Origin: Trueperaceae bacterium | Lineage (GTDB): Bacteria > Deinococcota > Deinococci > Deinococcales > Trueperaceae | Direction: 5' to 3' | DNA length: 64,000 nucleotides | NCBI GenBank assembly: GCA_034521815.1 | Contig: JAXHLW010000011.1 | Coordinates: forward strand, 40,336 to 104,335 | Shown: piece after piece, positions 32,649 to 43,878 of the stretch | Position numbering within the stretch: position 1 is the stretch's first letter | How the letters are laid out: every line of letters starts with the position of its first letter | Notes under the pieces: generated by a model | What the model was told of the DNA's origin: nothing | The model's input: the letters and a program-made list of their open reading frames with translations, nothing else | Database searches by the model: none | Position numbers and translations under genes: made by a program

Positions 32649-33483
32649 TCATTCGATGACGCGGTGGAGAAAGCCGTCCTTCCCTTTCCGCTTCACCTCG
32701 TACATGAGCTCGTCGGCCTGCACGATCGCCGCGGACGGATCGTCAGGAGGGCTTGCGAAGGTGAGGACCCCGACGCTGAAGGTGACGGGATAGCCTTCGT
32801 CTCGCGTCGCGCTCCGCAGCGCCTCCGACAGACGTTCGATCGTGGCGCGTGCGTTTTCCGGCCCGGTTTCGGGCAGCAGGAGCATGAACTCGTCGCCGCC
32901 TAGGCGACCAGCGAGATCGACGTCCCGCACGTGCTCCTGAAGCGTGCGTGCGATGCGCTGCAGCAGCCGGTCGCCGGCCTGGTGGCCGTACGTGTCGTTC
33001 ACCGCTTTGAAGTCGTCGATGTCGATGTACCCGATCGTGAGGGGGTGGACGTAGCGTTGCGCCCTCTCTACCTCCCGCACCAGGTTCTCGAGGAACCAAC
33101 CGCGGTTGGCGAGTCCGGTGAGATTGTCGGCTGCGGCTATGCACCTCGGCAAGGGCGAGCTGGGTGCGAAGCTCCCCGACCAGCCAGGCGACCAGTGCGA
33201 GCGTGGAGAGGCGCATGACGAGGTTCCAGGCCGGGAGGAGTTCGGAGCTCGACTTGGGAAGGTACGGGACGTGGGCGACCGTCCAGATGACCGCACCGAT
33301 CGCGGCCAGCGTCATGCCCGCGGTCCGCGGGCCGCGCCAGCTGGCGATCAGCACCGGCAGGACGTAGAAGCTGGAGTAGGCCAGGTCCGGATCGGTGACG
33401 AGATCGATGAACCCGACCGCTGCCACGATCACGACCGCAGCGCCGACGACCAGCCACGCCGGAGCGTTCGCGATGGACGTCAT
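32649..33483 (-). CDS. Membrane-anchored diguanylate cyclase (frameshift ~33135)
   Basis: About 4 TM segments, DNLTGLANR, DIDDFK, RDVD, GGDEF and ADELMYEVK. Confidence 0.82.
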
Positions 33484-33759
33484 GACTCGACGGCTCAGAA
33501 CGTGCGACTCCAGCTGTCCGGCCAGCGCTCGATGCCGATGTTGCCGGCGTCGGCGCGATACCGGAAGGCGCGTACCGGAGGCGCGGGCCACGGAGGCGAC
33601 CTCGATCAGCACCTGTCCCGTCCGACCCGTGGCTCGGGCACCTCGCCCAGCTCGACGTGCCCCGGTCCTCCTGCGACGTTCATGACGGCCTGCACATTGA
33701 GCCACCTCTCGATCGTCCGTCACGATAGCGCAGCCGCTGGCCGCCGCCCTGTCCTCGGC

Positions 33760-34917
33760 TCACGCCGCTCCGTGCCGCCGTCCGGGCGGCACGACCGACA
33801 GGACGGCGGCCAGCACCGCCGGCGCGGCCGCCGCTACCGTCGCCAGGGGACGTCCCAGCGACGTCGCGACGACGCCGTAGAGGACCGGGCCGACGGCGAA
33901 ACCGGCCGCGATGCAGACGATCGTGGCGGTGAAGCCGGTCGTCGGCCGGCCTGGGAACACCTTCTGGCTCCACATCGCGATGAAGGCGAAGCCGGTGGTG
34001 AACGCCACGCCGAACGCCGCGGCGGACCCCAGCGCTCCAGCAGGCGTCCCCGCGAACGCCAGCAGCGAAGCGAGGGCGGCGACCAAACCCAGCCAGGTGA
34101 CGGCGAGCGGCCGGCCCAAGGCGAACCGGTCCGCGATTTCGCCGCCGAACGCGCCCACCACACCCCCGCCCAGTCCGAGCGCACCCCACATGGCGGCCCC
34201 GATCCAGGTCGGAAGCCCGGCCGCCTGCGCCGCCTCGGGTGCGTAGGCGAAGTAGGCGCCGGAGGTCATCGACGCCAGCGCCGCCACCGCGAACAACCGG
34301 AGAGCCGCTGGGGCGACCAGGCCGGCCCATCCGTACCCGGCCCTGGTCGCGCGAACCGGCGCACCGGACGGGAGCACCGCCGCGTTCACGGCGGCCGCGG
34401 CCAGGCCGACGAAGGCGAAGGCGGCCCAAGCGAGACGCCAGGAGCTCCCCGTGACGGCGACGAGCAGGCTGGCGATCAGCAATCCGACCGGAGAGCCGGC
34501 GTTCACCAGCGCCAACGCCCGCCGTTGGCGGCCGCGCGGAACCTGCTCCGCGATGGCGTCCGAGTACGGGGCCCACGCCCCGCCGGCACTGGTCCCGGCC
34601 AGGATCATGCCGATCGCGAACGGCGCGGTCGTCTGTGCTGTGGCGACCAGCACGGCGCCCACGGCCAGCAGGACGCAGCCGGCGACCACCGGCAGCCGCG
34701 GCCCGAAACGCGCCTCGATCACCCCGGTCGCGACGGTCGCGACCAGGTAGCCGAGCTGCGCAGCGCCGGCCACGTAGCCGATCGTGTCCAGGCCGATCGC
34801 GAACTCGGTGCGGAACCACGGTACGAACAGGCCGTACGCTTGCCGACCCAAGCCGTAGGTCGCAGCCAGGGCCAGCAAGCCGGCCAAGCCGACACGGACG
34901 GTGGACCTCTCGGGCAC
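33760..34917 (-). CDS. YbfB/YjiJ-like MFS transporter
   Basis: YGLGRQAYGLFVP N-terminus; about 12 TM segments. Start is approximate. Confidence 0.78.
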   Translation of the reverse strand: MPERSTVRVGLAGLLALAATYGLGRQAYGLFVPWFRTEFAIGLDTIGYVAGAAQLGYLVATVATGVIEARFGPRLPVVAGCVLLAVGAVLVATAQTTAPFAIGMILAGTSAGGAWAPYSDAIAEQVPRGRQRRALALVNAGSPVGLLIASLLVAVTGSSWRLAWAAFAFVGLAAAAVNAAVLPSGAPVRATRAGYGWAGLVAPAALRLFAVAALASMTSGAYFAYAPEAAQAAGLPTWIGAAMWGALGLGGGVVGAFGGEIADRFALGRPLAVTWLGLVAALASLLAFAGTPAGALGSAAAFGVAFTTGFAFIAMWSQKVFPGRPTTGFTATIVCIAAGFAVGPVLYGVVATSLGRPLATVAAAAPAVLAAVLSVVPPGRRHGAA

Positions 34918-35078
34918 GGACGCTCCCGCCTGCGAGCGACGCTGAAGACCCCACGGACGCCTCGCACCGACGAGCGTACCGCGCATCGCCCGCGGGTCGG
35001 GACCGGCCCGGGTTCTGCCGGCGCTTCGGCGGCGAGGGGAACGAGGCACGCCCGGGCCGGCGACGGTGGGGGCGGTGC

Positions 35079-35108
35079 TTGACCTGGCGCCTCGCCGCGC
35101 CCTAGCAT
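35079..35108 (+). promoter_or_regulatory. Sigma70-type promoter of the rbs operon
   Basis: TTGACC-N18-TAGCAT. Confidence 0.65.
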
Positions 35109-35122
35109 GGATCCACGCACGA

Positions 35123-35138
35123 GGTGAAACGTTTCACC
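35123..35138. promoter_or_regulatory. LacI/RbsR-type operator
   Basis: Perfect palindrome GGTGAAACGTTTCACC just downstream of the -10, with the AAACGTTT LacI core. Confidence 0.85.
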
Positions 35139-35221
35139 GTCGACGCCGTCGGCTCCTTGACGCGACGCTCGGCGGCGAGGCTCGGTGGCGAGGCTCGGAC
35201 CGTGTCCAAGGAGGACCCAAG

Positions 35222-36235
35222 GTGGCCAAGCTCGAGGACGTGGCACGCGAAGCCGGCGTATCGATCGCCAGCGCCTCGTACGCGCTCAGCGGCGGCAAGC
35301 CGGTGAGCGCGGCACTCAGGCGCCGCGTGCTGGACGCGGCGACGCGCGTCGGCTACGTCCCGCACCGCCAGGCCCGCACCCTCCGGACCGGTCGTAGCCA
35401 GACGTTCGGCGTCGTGCTCCCCGACCTCGTCAACCCGTTCTTCACGGCGCTCCTGCAGGCGATCGAGCGGGCGGCACGCGAAAGCGGCTACGGCACGCTG
35501 GTCGCCGGTGGGGGCGGTGACGGCGCCTCCGAAGCGGCGGCGCTGGACCTGCTGGCCGAACACCGCGTCGACGGGCTGGTGTGGGTTCCCGCCGGCGACC
35601 CTGGCGCGATCCCGCAGGTTCCCACCGTCACCGTCGACCGCGCCGCCCCCGACTGCGACGGGGTCGCTGCCGATCACGACGAGGCCGGCCGGCTGGTGGC
35701 CCGCCATCTCAGAGGCGCCGGTCGGCGCCGTCCCGTGGTGCTGCACGGGCCCTCGGACGTTCCCACCGCACGGGCCCGGTCCCGAGGCTTCCGGGACGCC
35801 TGGACAGGCGAGATCGCCTTCGAGGCCGAGGTGCCGTTCGACCATCGCATTCCTGCCGCCGTGGTCCGCCGGCTGGCCGACGCCGAAGCCGACTACGACG
35901 CCGTGGCGTGCGCGAACGACGCGGTCGCCCTCGGCGTGCTCCGGACCCTTCAACGCAGCGGCCGGCGCGTGCCGACGCAGGTGGCCGTCGTCGGCGTGGA
36001 CGACATCGCCTTCGCCGAGCTGGCCGAGCCGCCGCTGACGACCGTACGGCAGCCGGTCGATGCGCTCGGCGCCGAAGCGGTCCGCCTGCTGACCGACCGC
36101 CTGGCCGGCGTCGGCGGGCCGGCGCGCCGCGTGACGCTGCCGGTACGGCTGGTGGTCCGCGCCTCCAGCCCGGCGTCGCCCGCCGGGGCGGCCAGGACCG
36201 ACGGCGGGCCCGGCGCCCGGTGGGCCGCACGATGA
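35222..36235 (+). CDS. rbsR: LacI family repressor (RbsR-like)
   Basis: AKLEDVAREAGVSIASASYALSG HTH, NPFF and PPLTTVRQP; first gene of the rbs operon. Confidence 0.85.
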   Translation: MAKLEDVAREAGVSIASASYALSGGKPVSAALRRRVLDAATRVGYVPHRQARTLRTGRSQTFGVVLPDLVNPFFTALLQAIERAARESGYGTLVAGGGGDGASEAAALDLLAEHRVDGLVWVPAGDPGAIPQVPTVTVDRAAPDCDGVAADHDEAGRLVARHLRGAGRRRPVVLHGPSDVPTARARSRGFRDAWTGEIAFEAEVPFDHRIPAAVVRRLADAEADYDAVACANDAVALGVLRTLQRSGRRVPTQVAVVGVDDIAFAELAEPPLTTVRQPVDALGAEAVRLLTDRLAGVGGPARRVTLPVRLVVRASSPASPAGAARTDGGPGARWAAR

Positions 36236-37140
36236 TCGTCGTGATCGGCAGCCTGAACCTCGATCTCGTGGCGCGGGTGTCGCGGATGCCGGAGCCGGGC
36301 GAGACGGTTCTGGCGCTCGGCTACGACGAGCACGCGGGAGGCAAGGGCGCCAACCAGGCGGTCGCGGCGGCACGCAGCGGAGGGCGCGTCGCGATGGTGG
36401 GCCGCATCGGCCGCGACGAGGCCGGACGACGGCTGCGAGCCGGCCTGGAGGCCGACGGCGTCGACGTCGCCGAGGTGCGCGAGGTCGACGCGCCCACGGG
36501 ACGGGCCCTGATCGAGGTGGACGAGAGCGGGCAGAACCGGATCGTCGTGGTCGCGGGCGCGAACGCCGCGTGGGGACCGGACGACCTGCCGAGCGCGGCG
36601 CTCGACGGCGCCGACCTGATCGTCCTGCAGCGCGAGGTGCCGGACGCCGTCGTCGCCGCCGCCGTTCGCCGCGGGTCGGCGGCGGGCGCGACGGTGGTGC
36701 TCAACCTGGCGCCGGCGGGCGAGGTCGCGGCCGAGGTGCTCGCCGAGGTCGGCGTGCTGATCGTGAACGAGAGCGAGGCGGGGCACCTTCTGGGCGCCGC
36801 CGCCAAGACCGTCGCGGCAGGGCCGGTCGCCGCGGCGGAGCGTCTCGCGGAGCGCTTCGGAGGCGACGTCGTGATCACGCTCGGCGCGGACGGCGCCGTG
36901 CACGCCGGACGGTCCGGGACCGGCACGGTCGCCGGTCTTCCGGTGCGGGTCGTCGATACGACCGGTGCCGGCGACGCCTTCGTGGGGGCGCTCGCGGCTC
37001 GCCTGGACGACGGGGCTGCGCTGGCCGACGCGGTGCGGTTCGGCTGCGCGGCCGGCGCCCAGGCGACCACGCGGGCAGGCGCCCAGTCGTCGCTGCCGAC
37101 CCGCGACGAGATCCGGGCTCGCTTGGGAGAGGACGACTGA
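36232..37140 (+). CDS. rbsK: Ribokinase
   Basis: GSLNLD, GGKGANQAVAAAR, NESE and DTTGAGDAF. Confidence 0.92.
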   Translation: MIVVIGSLNLDLVARVSRMPEPGETVLALGYDEHAGGKGANQAVAAARSGGRVAMVGRIGRDEAGRRLRAGLEADGVDVAEVREVDAPTGRALIEVDESGQNRIVVVAGANAAWGPDDLPSAALDGADLIVLQREVPDAVVAAAVRRGSAAGATVVLNLAPAGEVAAEVLAEVGVLIVNESEAGHLLGAAAKTVAAGPVAAAERLAERFGGDVVITLGADGAVHAGRSGTGTVAGLPVRVVDTTGAGDAFVGALAARLDDGAALADAVRFGCAAGAQATTRAGAQSSLPTRDEIRARLGEDD

Positions 37141-38585
37141 TGCTCGCGATGCACGACATCGTGGGGCGCTTCGGCGGCGTGCTGGCCCTGAGCGGGGTCG
37201 ACTTCGAGCTTCGTCAGGGCGAGGTCCACGCGCTGGTCGGCGAGAACGGGGCGGGCAAGTCGACGCTGATGAAGATCCTCTCCGGCGTTCAGCCCCCCAG
37301 CGAGGGCCGGATCGTCCTCGACGACCGACCGGTCGCCTTCCGCGGCGTCCACGACGCCCAGGCAGCGGGTCTGGCGATGGTCTACCAGGAGCTGGCGCTC
37401 GTCCCCCACCTCACCGTGGCCGAGAATCTGTTCCTCGGCCGCCTCTCGCCTTGGGTCCGACACCGCGATCTGGCGAAACGAGCGAGAGGGCTGCTCGCGG
37501 AGGCGGAGCTCGACCTCGATCCGACCAGGCCCGTCTCGTCGCTGCCGATCGGCGAGCAGCAGCTGGTCGAGATCGCCAAGGCCCTCGGACGACGAAGCCG
37601 CGTGCTGATCCTCGACGAGCCCACCGCCGCGCTGTCGTCGCAGGAGACCGACCGACTGTTCAAGATCCTGAGGCGGCTGAGGGAGGGCGGGACCAGCATC
37701 GTCTACATCTCGCACCGGCTGGAGGAGATCTTCGCCATCGCCGACCGCGTCACGGTGCTCCGGGACGGAGCACGGGTCGCCACGCACGACGTCGCCGAGG
37801 TGGACGCCGATCGGATCGTCACGGACATGGTCGGCCGCGAGGTGGCGCGTTTCCACCGCGACGGCACGCGACGGGACGCCGTGCGGGCGCGGTTCTCGTA
37901 CCACGCGCCGGGCCTGGACGCCGGCGAGCTGGTGCTGCACGAGGGCGAGATCGTGGGAGCGGCCGGCGTGACCGGCTCGGGCCGCAGCCGTCTCTGTCGC
38001 ACGCTCTTCGGCGCCGACGGCGAGGCCACGCTGGACGGAGCGCAGGTCCGCTCGCCGCGGAACGCGCTGGATCGCGGCGTGGCCTACGTGCCCGAGGACC
38101 GCAAGGGCGAGGGCCTGTCGCTGATCGCCAGCGTCGAGGCGAACCTCGGTCACGCCATCCTGCCGACCCTCGCGCGCGTCGGCGTGATGCGCCCCGGCGC
38201 CGAGCGTGCCAACGCACGGACCTGGATCGAGCGGCTCGGCATTCGCCCGCCCGAGCCGGCGAAGGAGGTCGGCACCCTGTCCGGCGGCAATCAGCAGAAG
38301 GTCGTCGTCGGCAAGGGACTCGCGTCGGGACCGCGCGTGCTGCTGATGGACGAGCCGACGCGCGGCGTCGACGTCGGCGCGCGCGGCGAGCTGTACGAGG
38401 TCCTCGACGAGCTCGCCCGCGAGGGGCTGTCGCTGGTGCTGGCCTCGAGCGACACCGACGAGCTGATCCAGATCTGCGACCGCATCCTGGTGTTCAGGCA
38501 CGGTACGGTCGCCGTCACCCTGCACGCTCCCTTCGACCGCGAGGAGGTGGTCGCCCATGTCACCGGCGCGCGCATCGTGGCGTGA
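37140..38585 (+). CDS. rbsA: Ribose ABC transporter ATP-binding protein
   Basis: [22 protein letters not shown] and DEPTRGVD. Confidence 0.9.
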   Translation: MLAMHDIVGRFGGVLALSGVDFELRQGEVHALVGENGAGKSTLMKILSGVQPPSEGRIVLDDRPVAFRGVHDAQAAGLAMVYQELALVPHLTVAENLFLGRLSPWVRHRDLAKRARGLLAEAELDLDPTRPVSSLPIGEQQLVEIAKALGRRSRVLILDEPTAALSSQETDRLFKILRRLREGGTSIVYISHRLEEIFAIADRVTVLRDGARVATHDVAEVDADRIVTDMVGREVARFHRDGTRRDAVRARFSYHAPGLDAGELVLHEGEIVGAAGVTGSGRSRLCRTLFGADGEATLDGAQVRSPRNALDRGVAYVPEDRKGEGLSLIASVEANLGHAILPTLARVGVMRPGAERANARTWIERLGIRPPEPAKEVGTLSGGNQQKVVVGKGLASGPRVLLMDEPTRGVDVGARGELYEVLDELAREGLSLVLASSDTDELIQICDRILVFRHGTVAVTLHAPFDREEVVAHVTGARIVA

Positions 38586-39507
38586 GTGGCTGGCCCGTTT
38601 CGGGCTGGTCCTCGCGCTGCTCGCCCTGATCGCAGTGCTGTCGTTGCTGTCCGACCGCTTCATGTCGGTCCCCAATTTGCTCAACGTGCTGCGCCAGATC
38701 GCCATCAACGCCCTGATCGCGTTCGGGATGACCACCGTGATCCTCGGGCGCGGCATCGATCTGTCGGTGGGGTCGCTGCTGGCCTTCGTCGGCGTGGTCA
38801 CCGCCACGCTGGCGGTGCAGGGCGTGCCCGCCTGGCTGGCGATCGTGGCCGGTCTGGCGGTGGGAACGGGCCTGGGCGCCATCAACGGCGCGTTCGTGGC
38901 CTACGCCGGGATCGCCCCGTTCATCGTGACGTTGGCCGGATTGACGATCTTCCGCGGCATGGCTCTCGCCTTCACCGACGGGCGACCCGTCACCGGTCTG
39001 CCGCCGCTGTTCTCGGGCATCGGCTACGGCACCTTCCTGGGCCTGCCGATGCCGGTCTGGATCATGCTGGCGTTCTTGTTCCTCACCCATTTCCTGCTGC
39101 GGAACACGGCGCTCGGTCGCGCGATCTACGCGATCGGCGGCAACGAAGAAGCCGCCCGCCTCGCCGGCATCCCCGTTCGGCGGGTGACGGCGTTCACCTA
39201 CGCGTTCAGCGGGTTCGCGGCCGCCCTCGCGGCCGTCGTGCTGACCGGTCGCCTCAACTCGGCCCAGCCCACCGCCGGCGTGATGTTCGAGCTCGACGCC
39301 ATCGCGGCCGTCGTGGTCGGCGGCACCTCGCTGTTCGGAGGTCGGGGCGGGGTGTTCGGCACGTTGGTCGGTGCGCTGATCATCGGCGTGATCAACAACG
39401 GCATGAACCTCCTGAACGTTCCGAGCTTCTACCAGCAGATCGTGAAGGGAGGTGTGATCCTGGCCGCGCTGCTCATCGACCGAGCTTTGACCGCCCGCCG
39501 AACCTGA
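38557..39507 (+). CDS. rbsC: Ribose ABC transporter permease
   Basis: GIDLSVGS, GGNEEAARLAG and ELDAIAAVVVGGTSL. Confidence 0.9.
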   Translation: MSPARASWREWLARFGLVLALLALIAVLSLLSDRFMSVPNLLNVLRQIAINALIAFGMTTVILGRGIDLSVGSLLAFVGVVTATLAVQGVPAWLAIVAGLAVGTGLGAINGAFVAYAGIAPFIVTLAGLTIFRGMALAFTDGRPVTGLPPLFSGIGYGTFLGLPMPVWIMLAFLFLTHFLLRNTALGRAIYAIGGNEEAARLAGIPVRRVTAFTYAFSGFAAALAAVVLTGRLNSAQPTAGVMFELDAIAAVVVGGTSLFGGRGGVFGTLVGALIIGVINNGMNLLNVPSFYQQIVKGGVILAALLIDRALTARRT

Positions 39508-39551
39508 ACGCTCGCCTCGGGCGCCGACCGGTGCCCGGAAACGGAGATTCC

Positions 39552-40442
39552 ATGCGACGCATCGCACTCGTTTTGGCCGCCACCCTGCTCGGCGCCGCCC
39601 TGGCGCAAGGCACCGTGGGGCTGTCCCTCTCCACCCTGAACAACCCGTTCTTCGTGACCCTGCGCGACGGCGCCCAGGCGGCCGCCGACGACGCCGGCCT
39701 GAACCTGCTCGTGACCGACGCGCAGGACAGCGTGAGCACCCAGGTCTCCGACATCGAGGACCTGATCATTCGCGGCGTGGACGTGCTGATCATCAACGCG
39801 ACCGACGCTGCGGCCGTCGTCCCCGCGGTCATGCAGGCCAATCAGGCCGGCATTCCCGTCATCGCGGTCGACCGTGGCATCGACGGTGGCGAGCTCGCCT
39901 ACTACGTCGCGTCCGACAACGCCGCCGGCGGCCGGGCCGCAGCGGAGCACATCTGCGAGGCCCTCGGCGGCGAAGGCGACGTCGTCGAGCTCGAGGGGAT
40001 CCCCGGAACGACCGCCGCACGCGCCCGCGGCGCCGGGTTCAACGCCTACCTGAGCGAATCGTGCGCCGGTCTGACGGTCGTGGCCCGCCAGACCGCCAAC
40101 TTCAACCGCGCCGAGGGCCTGAGCGTGATGGAGAACATCCTGGTCGCCCAGCCCGAGATCGACGCCGTCTTCGCCCACAACGACGAGATGGCGCTGGGCG
40201 CCTTGCAGGCGATCCAAGCGAGCGGCCGCGACATCATGGTCGTCGGGTTCGACGCGACCGACGACGCGCGGGCCTCGGTCGAGGCGTGCGAGATGGAGGC
40301 CACCGTCGCCCAGCTGCCTGACCAACTCGGGGCGACCGCCGTCGAGCTGGCGGCCGACCTGATCGCCGGTGAGGCGGCGCCCGCCGAGGTCGAGAACGTG
40401 GCGGTCGCGCTCGAGCTGGTCACCGAGCCGGCCTGCGACTGA
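39552..40442 (+). CDS. rbsB: Ribose ABC transporter substrate-binding protein
   Basis: Signal peptide, STLNNPFF, ANFNR, AHNDEMALGA and GFDA. Confidence 0.9.
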   Translation: MRRIALVLAATLLGAALAQGTVGLSLSTLNNPFFVTLRDGAQAAADDAGLNLLVTDAQDSVSTQVSDIEDLIIRGVDVLIINATDAAAVVPAVMQANQAGIPVIAVDRGIDGGELAYYVASDNAAGGRAAAEHICEALGGEGDVVELEGIPGTTAARARGAGFNAYLSESCAGLTVVARQTANFNRAEGLSVMENILVAQPEIDAVFAHNDEMALGALQAIQASGRDIMVVGFDATDDARASVEACEMEATVAQLPDQLGATAVELAADLIAGEAAPAEVENVAVALELVTEPACD

Positions 40443-40449
40443 CGTCGCG

Positions 40450-40848
40450 ATGAAGGCCGCCGGTCTGCTGCACGCCGAGCTGTCGCGGATCGTCGCGTCG
40501 CTCGGGCATGGCGACACGGTGGTGATCGCCGACGCCGGCCTGCCGGTCCCCTCGGGCGTGCCGGTCGTCGACCTCGCGGTCGCCCCCGGCGTGCCGTCGC
40601 ATCTCGCGGTGCTGCGCGCCGTGCTCGGCGAGCTGGTCGTCGAGCGCGGCCTGGCCAACGCCGAACAGTCGACGGTCGTGCCCGAGGCGGCTGCGGCCCT
40701 GGATGCCGCCTGGCCGGACGACGTGCCTCTGGAGCGCATCGATCACGAGACGCTGAAGCTGCGCTCCCGCTCGGCCCGGGCGATCGTCCGGACCGGCGAG
40801 TTCACGCCGTACGCCAACGTGATCGTGGTGGCGGGCGTGCCGTTCTGA
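40450..40848 (+). CDS. rbsD: D-ribose pyranase
   Basis: LGHGDTVVIADAGLP and VRTGEFTPYAN. Confidence 0.93.
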   Translation: MKAAGLLHAELSRIVASLGHGDTVVIADAGLPVPSGVPVVDLAVAPGVPSHLAVLRAVLGELVVERGLANAEQSTVVPEAAAALDAAWPDDVPLERIDHETLKLRSRSARAIVRTGEFTPYANVIVVAGVPF

Positions 40849-40898
40849 CCTTGCGTCGCACGCGCTGCGCCGCGCGCCCTGCCCACCTGCACGTCCAT

Positions 40899-40925
40899 GC
40901 TCCCCGGCGAGGCTCGCCGGGGAGC
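40899..40925. terminator. 12-bp stem-loop between convergent rbsD and cupin genes
   Basis: GCTCCCCGGCGA-GGC-TCGCCGGGGAGC. Confidence 0.6.
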
Positions 40926-41019
40926 CGATCTCTTGGCGCATCGGAACGACCGCGACCACCGTGGTCTCGCGAACAGGCGGTAGGCGCTCGCTCGGAGCGG
41001 CGTTCCACGCGCCTCGACC

Positions 41020-41442
41020 TCAGTGGTCTTCGGCCGCGTCTCCTTCCGCCTTCGTGGCGTGAACGGTGCCGTGCGGATGCTCGGGTGGCGCGTAGATCGA
41101 GTAGATCTTCAGGGGCTCGTCGCCGACGTTGGTGATGTTGTGCCACTTTCCGGCCGGGACGAGCACGACCCAGTCGTCCCCGATCTCCTGATCGAAGTCG
41201 AGGTCGTCCTCGGCGTCGCCCATCTGGACGCGACCTTTGCCCTCCTCGATGCGGAGGAACTGGTCGATCTCCTGGTGCACTTCGAGGCCGATCTCGCCGC
41301 CCACGGGAATGCTCATGAGCGTCAGCTGGAGGTTCGTGCCGGTCCACAGCGCCGTACGGTAGTTCGGGTTCTCGACCGTGGCCGTCTCGATGTTGACCGT
41401 GTAGGGGCTGGGCCCGTGATCCTTGAGCTGGACGTCCGCCAT
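41020..41442 (-). CDS. Cupin domain protein
   Basis: LWTGTNLQLTLMSI, EIGLEVH, VPAGKWHN and IYAPPEHP; AAGGAGG RBS. Confidence 0.88.
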   Translation of the reverse strand: MADVQLKDHGPSPYTVNIETATVENPNYRTALWTGTNLQLTLMSIPVGGEIGLEVHQEIDQFLRIEEGKGRVQMGDAEDDLDFDQEIGDDWVVLVPAGKWHNITNVGDEPLKIYSIYAPPEHPHGTVHATKAEGDAAEDH

Positions 41443-41571
41443 GGCTCCTCCTTGGAATGAAACGTTGGCGGCCCGCTCCCCCTTCGGTTCGGACTTCATT
41501 GTAGCGCGCGACGGATGCGCCCTTGCCCTCGGACTGGGGGACGTTCGCCTCTGATCTCGGAGCCGGCATGC

Positions 41572-41589
41572 TGGTGCAATGTTTCACAT
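41572..41589 (+). promoter_or_regulatory. Rex-like operator overlapping the pflB start codon
   Basis: TGGTGCAATGTTTCACAT matches TTGTGAAATATTTCACAA at 14 of 18 positions; an AT-rich island in GC-rich DNA. Confidence 0.65.
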
Positions 41590-43871
41590 GAGTCGTTCCG
41601 CACTTCTTACCCCCACCCCCGACGTCCCCGTCGACCCGCCCTCGGGACTCGACGCCTGGCGCGGCTTCGCCCCCGGTCCCTGGACCGAGGGCATCCACGT
41701 TCGAGACTTCATTCAGCGCAACTACGCCGTCTACGAGGGCGACGCCGCCTTCCTGGCGCCCGCCACCGAACGCACCCGCGCCCTGTGGAAGCGCCTCGGC
41801 CTGCTGTTCGAAGAGGAGCGCCGCCGCGGCGTCCTCGACGTGTCGCAGGTGCCCAGCAGCATCACCGCGCACCAGCCCGGCTACATCGACCGGGACGCCG
41901 AGCTGATCACCGGCCTGCAGACCGACGCGCCGCTCAAACGTGCCATCTTCCCCAACGGCGGCTTCCGCATGGTCGAGGCGGGCCTCACCGCCTACGGCTA
42001 CGAGGTCGATCCCGGTCCTCCGCGAGATCTTCACCAAGTACCGCAAATCGCACAACGACGGCGTCTTCGACGCCTACACGCCCGAGATCCTGGCGGCGCG
42101 CCGCTCCGGCATCGTCACCGGCCTGCCCGACGCCTACGGCCGCGGCCGCATCATCGGCGACTACCGGCGCGTGCCGCTCTACGGCGTCGACCGTCTGATC
42201 GAGGCGAAGAAGGCCGAGAAGGCCGGCCTCGACGGGGTCCCCGCCAGCGACGCCGTGATCCGCGACCGCGAGGAGCTGTCCGAGCAGATCCGCGCGCTGA
42301 AGGAGCTCGAGGAGATGGCCGCCGGCTACGGCTACGACCTCTCCGGTCCGGCCACCACGGCGCGCGAGGCGATCCAGTGGCTCTACTTCGCGTACCTGGC
42401 CGCCGTCAAGGAACAGAACGGCGCGGCGATGTCGCTGGGCCGCACCTCGACCTTCCTGGACGTCTACCTGCAGCGCGACATCGAGGCGGGCCTCCTCACC
42501 GAAACAGGGGCGCAGGAGCTGATCGACGACTTCGTGATCAAGCTGCGCATCGTGCGCTTCCTGCGCACCAAGGAGTACGACGCCCTGTTCTCGGGCGACC
42601 CGACCTGGGTCACCGAGGTGATCGGCGGCGTGGGCCTGGACGGACGGCCGCTGGTGACCAAGACCAGCTTCCGCTTCCTGAACACGCTGCGCACCCTGGG
42701 TCCGGCGCCCGAGCCCAACCTGACGGTGTTCTGGTCGCCCGCGCTGCCGGACGGCTTCAAGCGCTTCTGCGCCGAGCTCTCGATCGAGACCAGCTCCATC
42801 CAGTACGAGAGCGACGAGCTGATGCGCCCCAGCTACGGCGACGACACCGGCATCGCGTGCTGCGTCTCGGCCATGGAGCTGGGCAAGCAGATGCAGTTCT
42901 TCGGCGCGCGGGTCAACCTGGCCAAGTGCCTCCTCTACGCCCTCAACGGCGGCCGCGACGAGATCACCGGCGACCAGGTCGGCCCCGCGATGGAGCCGCT
43001 GCAGGGCGACGTGCTGGACGCGAGCGAGGTGCGTGAGCGCTTCGACCGCATGATGGACTGGCTGGCGGACGTGTACGTCGGCGCCATGAACGTCATCCAC
43101 TACATGCACGACAAGTACGCCTACGAGCGGATCGAGATGGCGCTTCACGACTACGATCCCAAGCGCACGATGGCGTTCGGCGTGGCCGGCCTGTCGGTGG
43201 TCGCCGACAGCCTCTCGGCCATCGCCAACGCCCAGGTGCGACCCATCCGGGACGAGAGCGGCCTGATCGTCGACTTCGAGACGACGGGCGACTTCCCGAC
43301 CTTCGGCAACAACGACGACCGGGTCGACGCGGTCGCCTCGGACGTTCTGGCGACGTTCATGGAGAAGCTGCGCCAGCGGCCCACCTACAGGGACGCCGTC
43401 CACACGCAGTCCGTCCTGACGATCACCTCCAACGTGGTGTACGGCAAGTACACCGGCAACACGCCCGACGGCCGTCGCCGCGGCGAGCCGTTCGCGCCGG
43501 GCGCCAACCCGATGCACGGCCGCGACGAGCACGGCTTCCTGGCCTCCGCGCTGTCGGTCGCCAAGCTGCCCTACGAGCACGCCCAGGACGGCATCTCGTT
43601 CACCGCCAGCCTGGTGCCGGACGGCCTGGGCGCGACGCGCGACGAGCGGGTCACCAACCTCTCGAACGTGCTGGACGCCTACTTCACCGAGAGCGGCTTC
43701 CACGTCAACATCAACGTCCTGGACCGCGAGACGCTGCTCGACGCGATGGACCACCCGGAGAACTACCCGCAGCTGACGATCCGCGTCTCGGGCTACGCGG
43801 TCAACTTCGTCAAGCTGACGCGAGAGCAGCAGCTGGACGTCGTCAACCGGACGTACCACGGACGGATGTAG
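41588..43871 (+). CDS. pflB: Pyruvate formate-lyase (frameshift ~42012)
   Basis: [23 protein letters not shown] (active-site Cys pair) and TIRVSGYAV (glycyl-radical site). Confidence 0.95.
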
Positions 43872-43878
43872 TCCGGCC

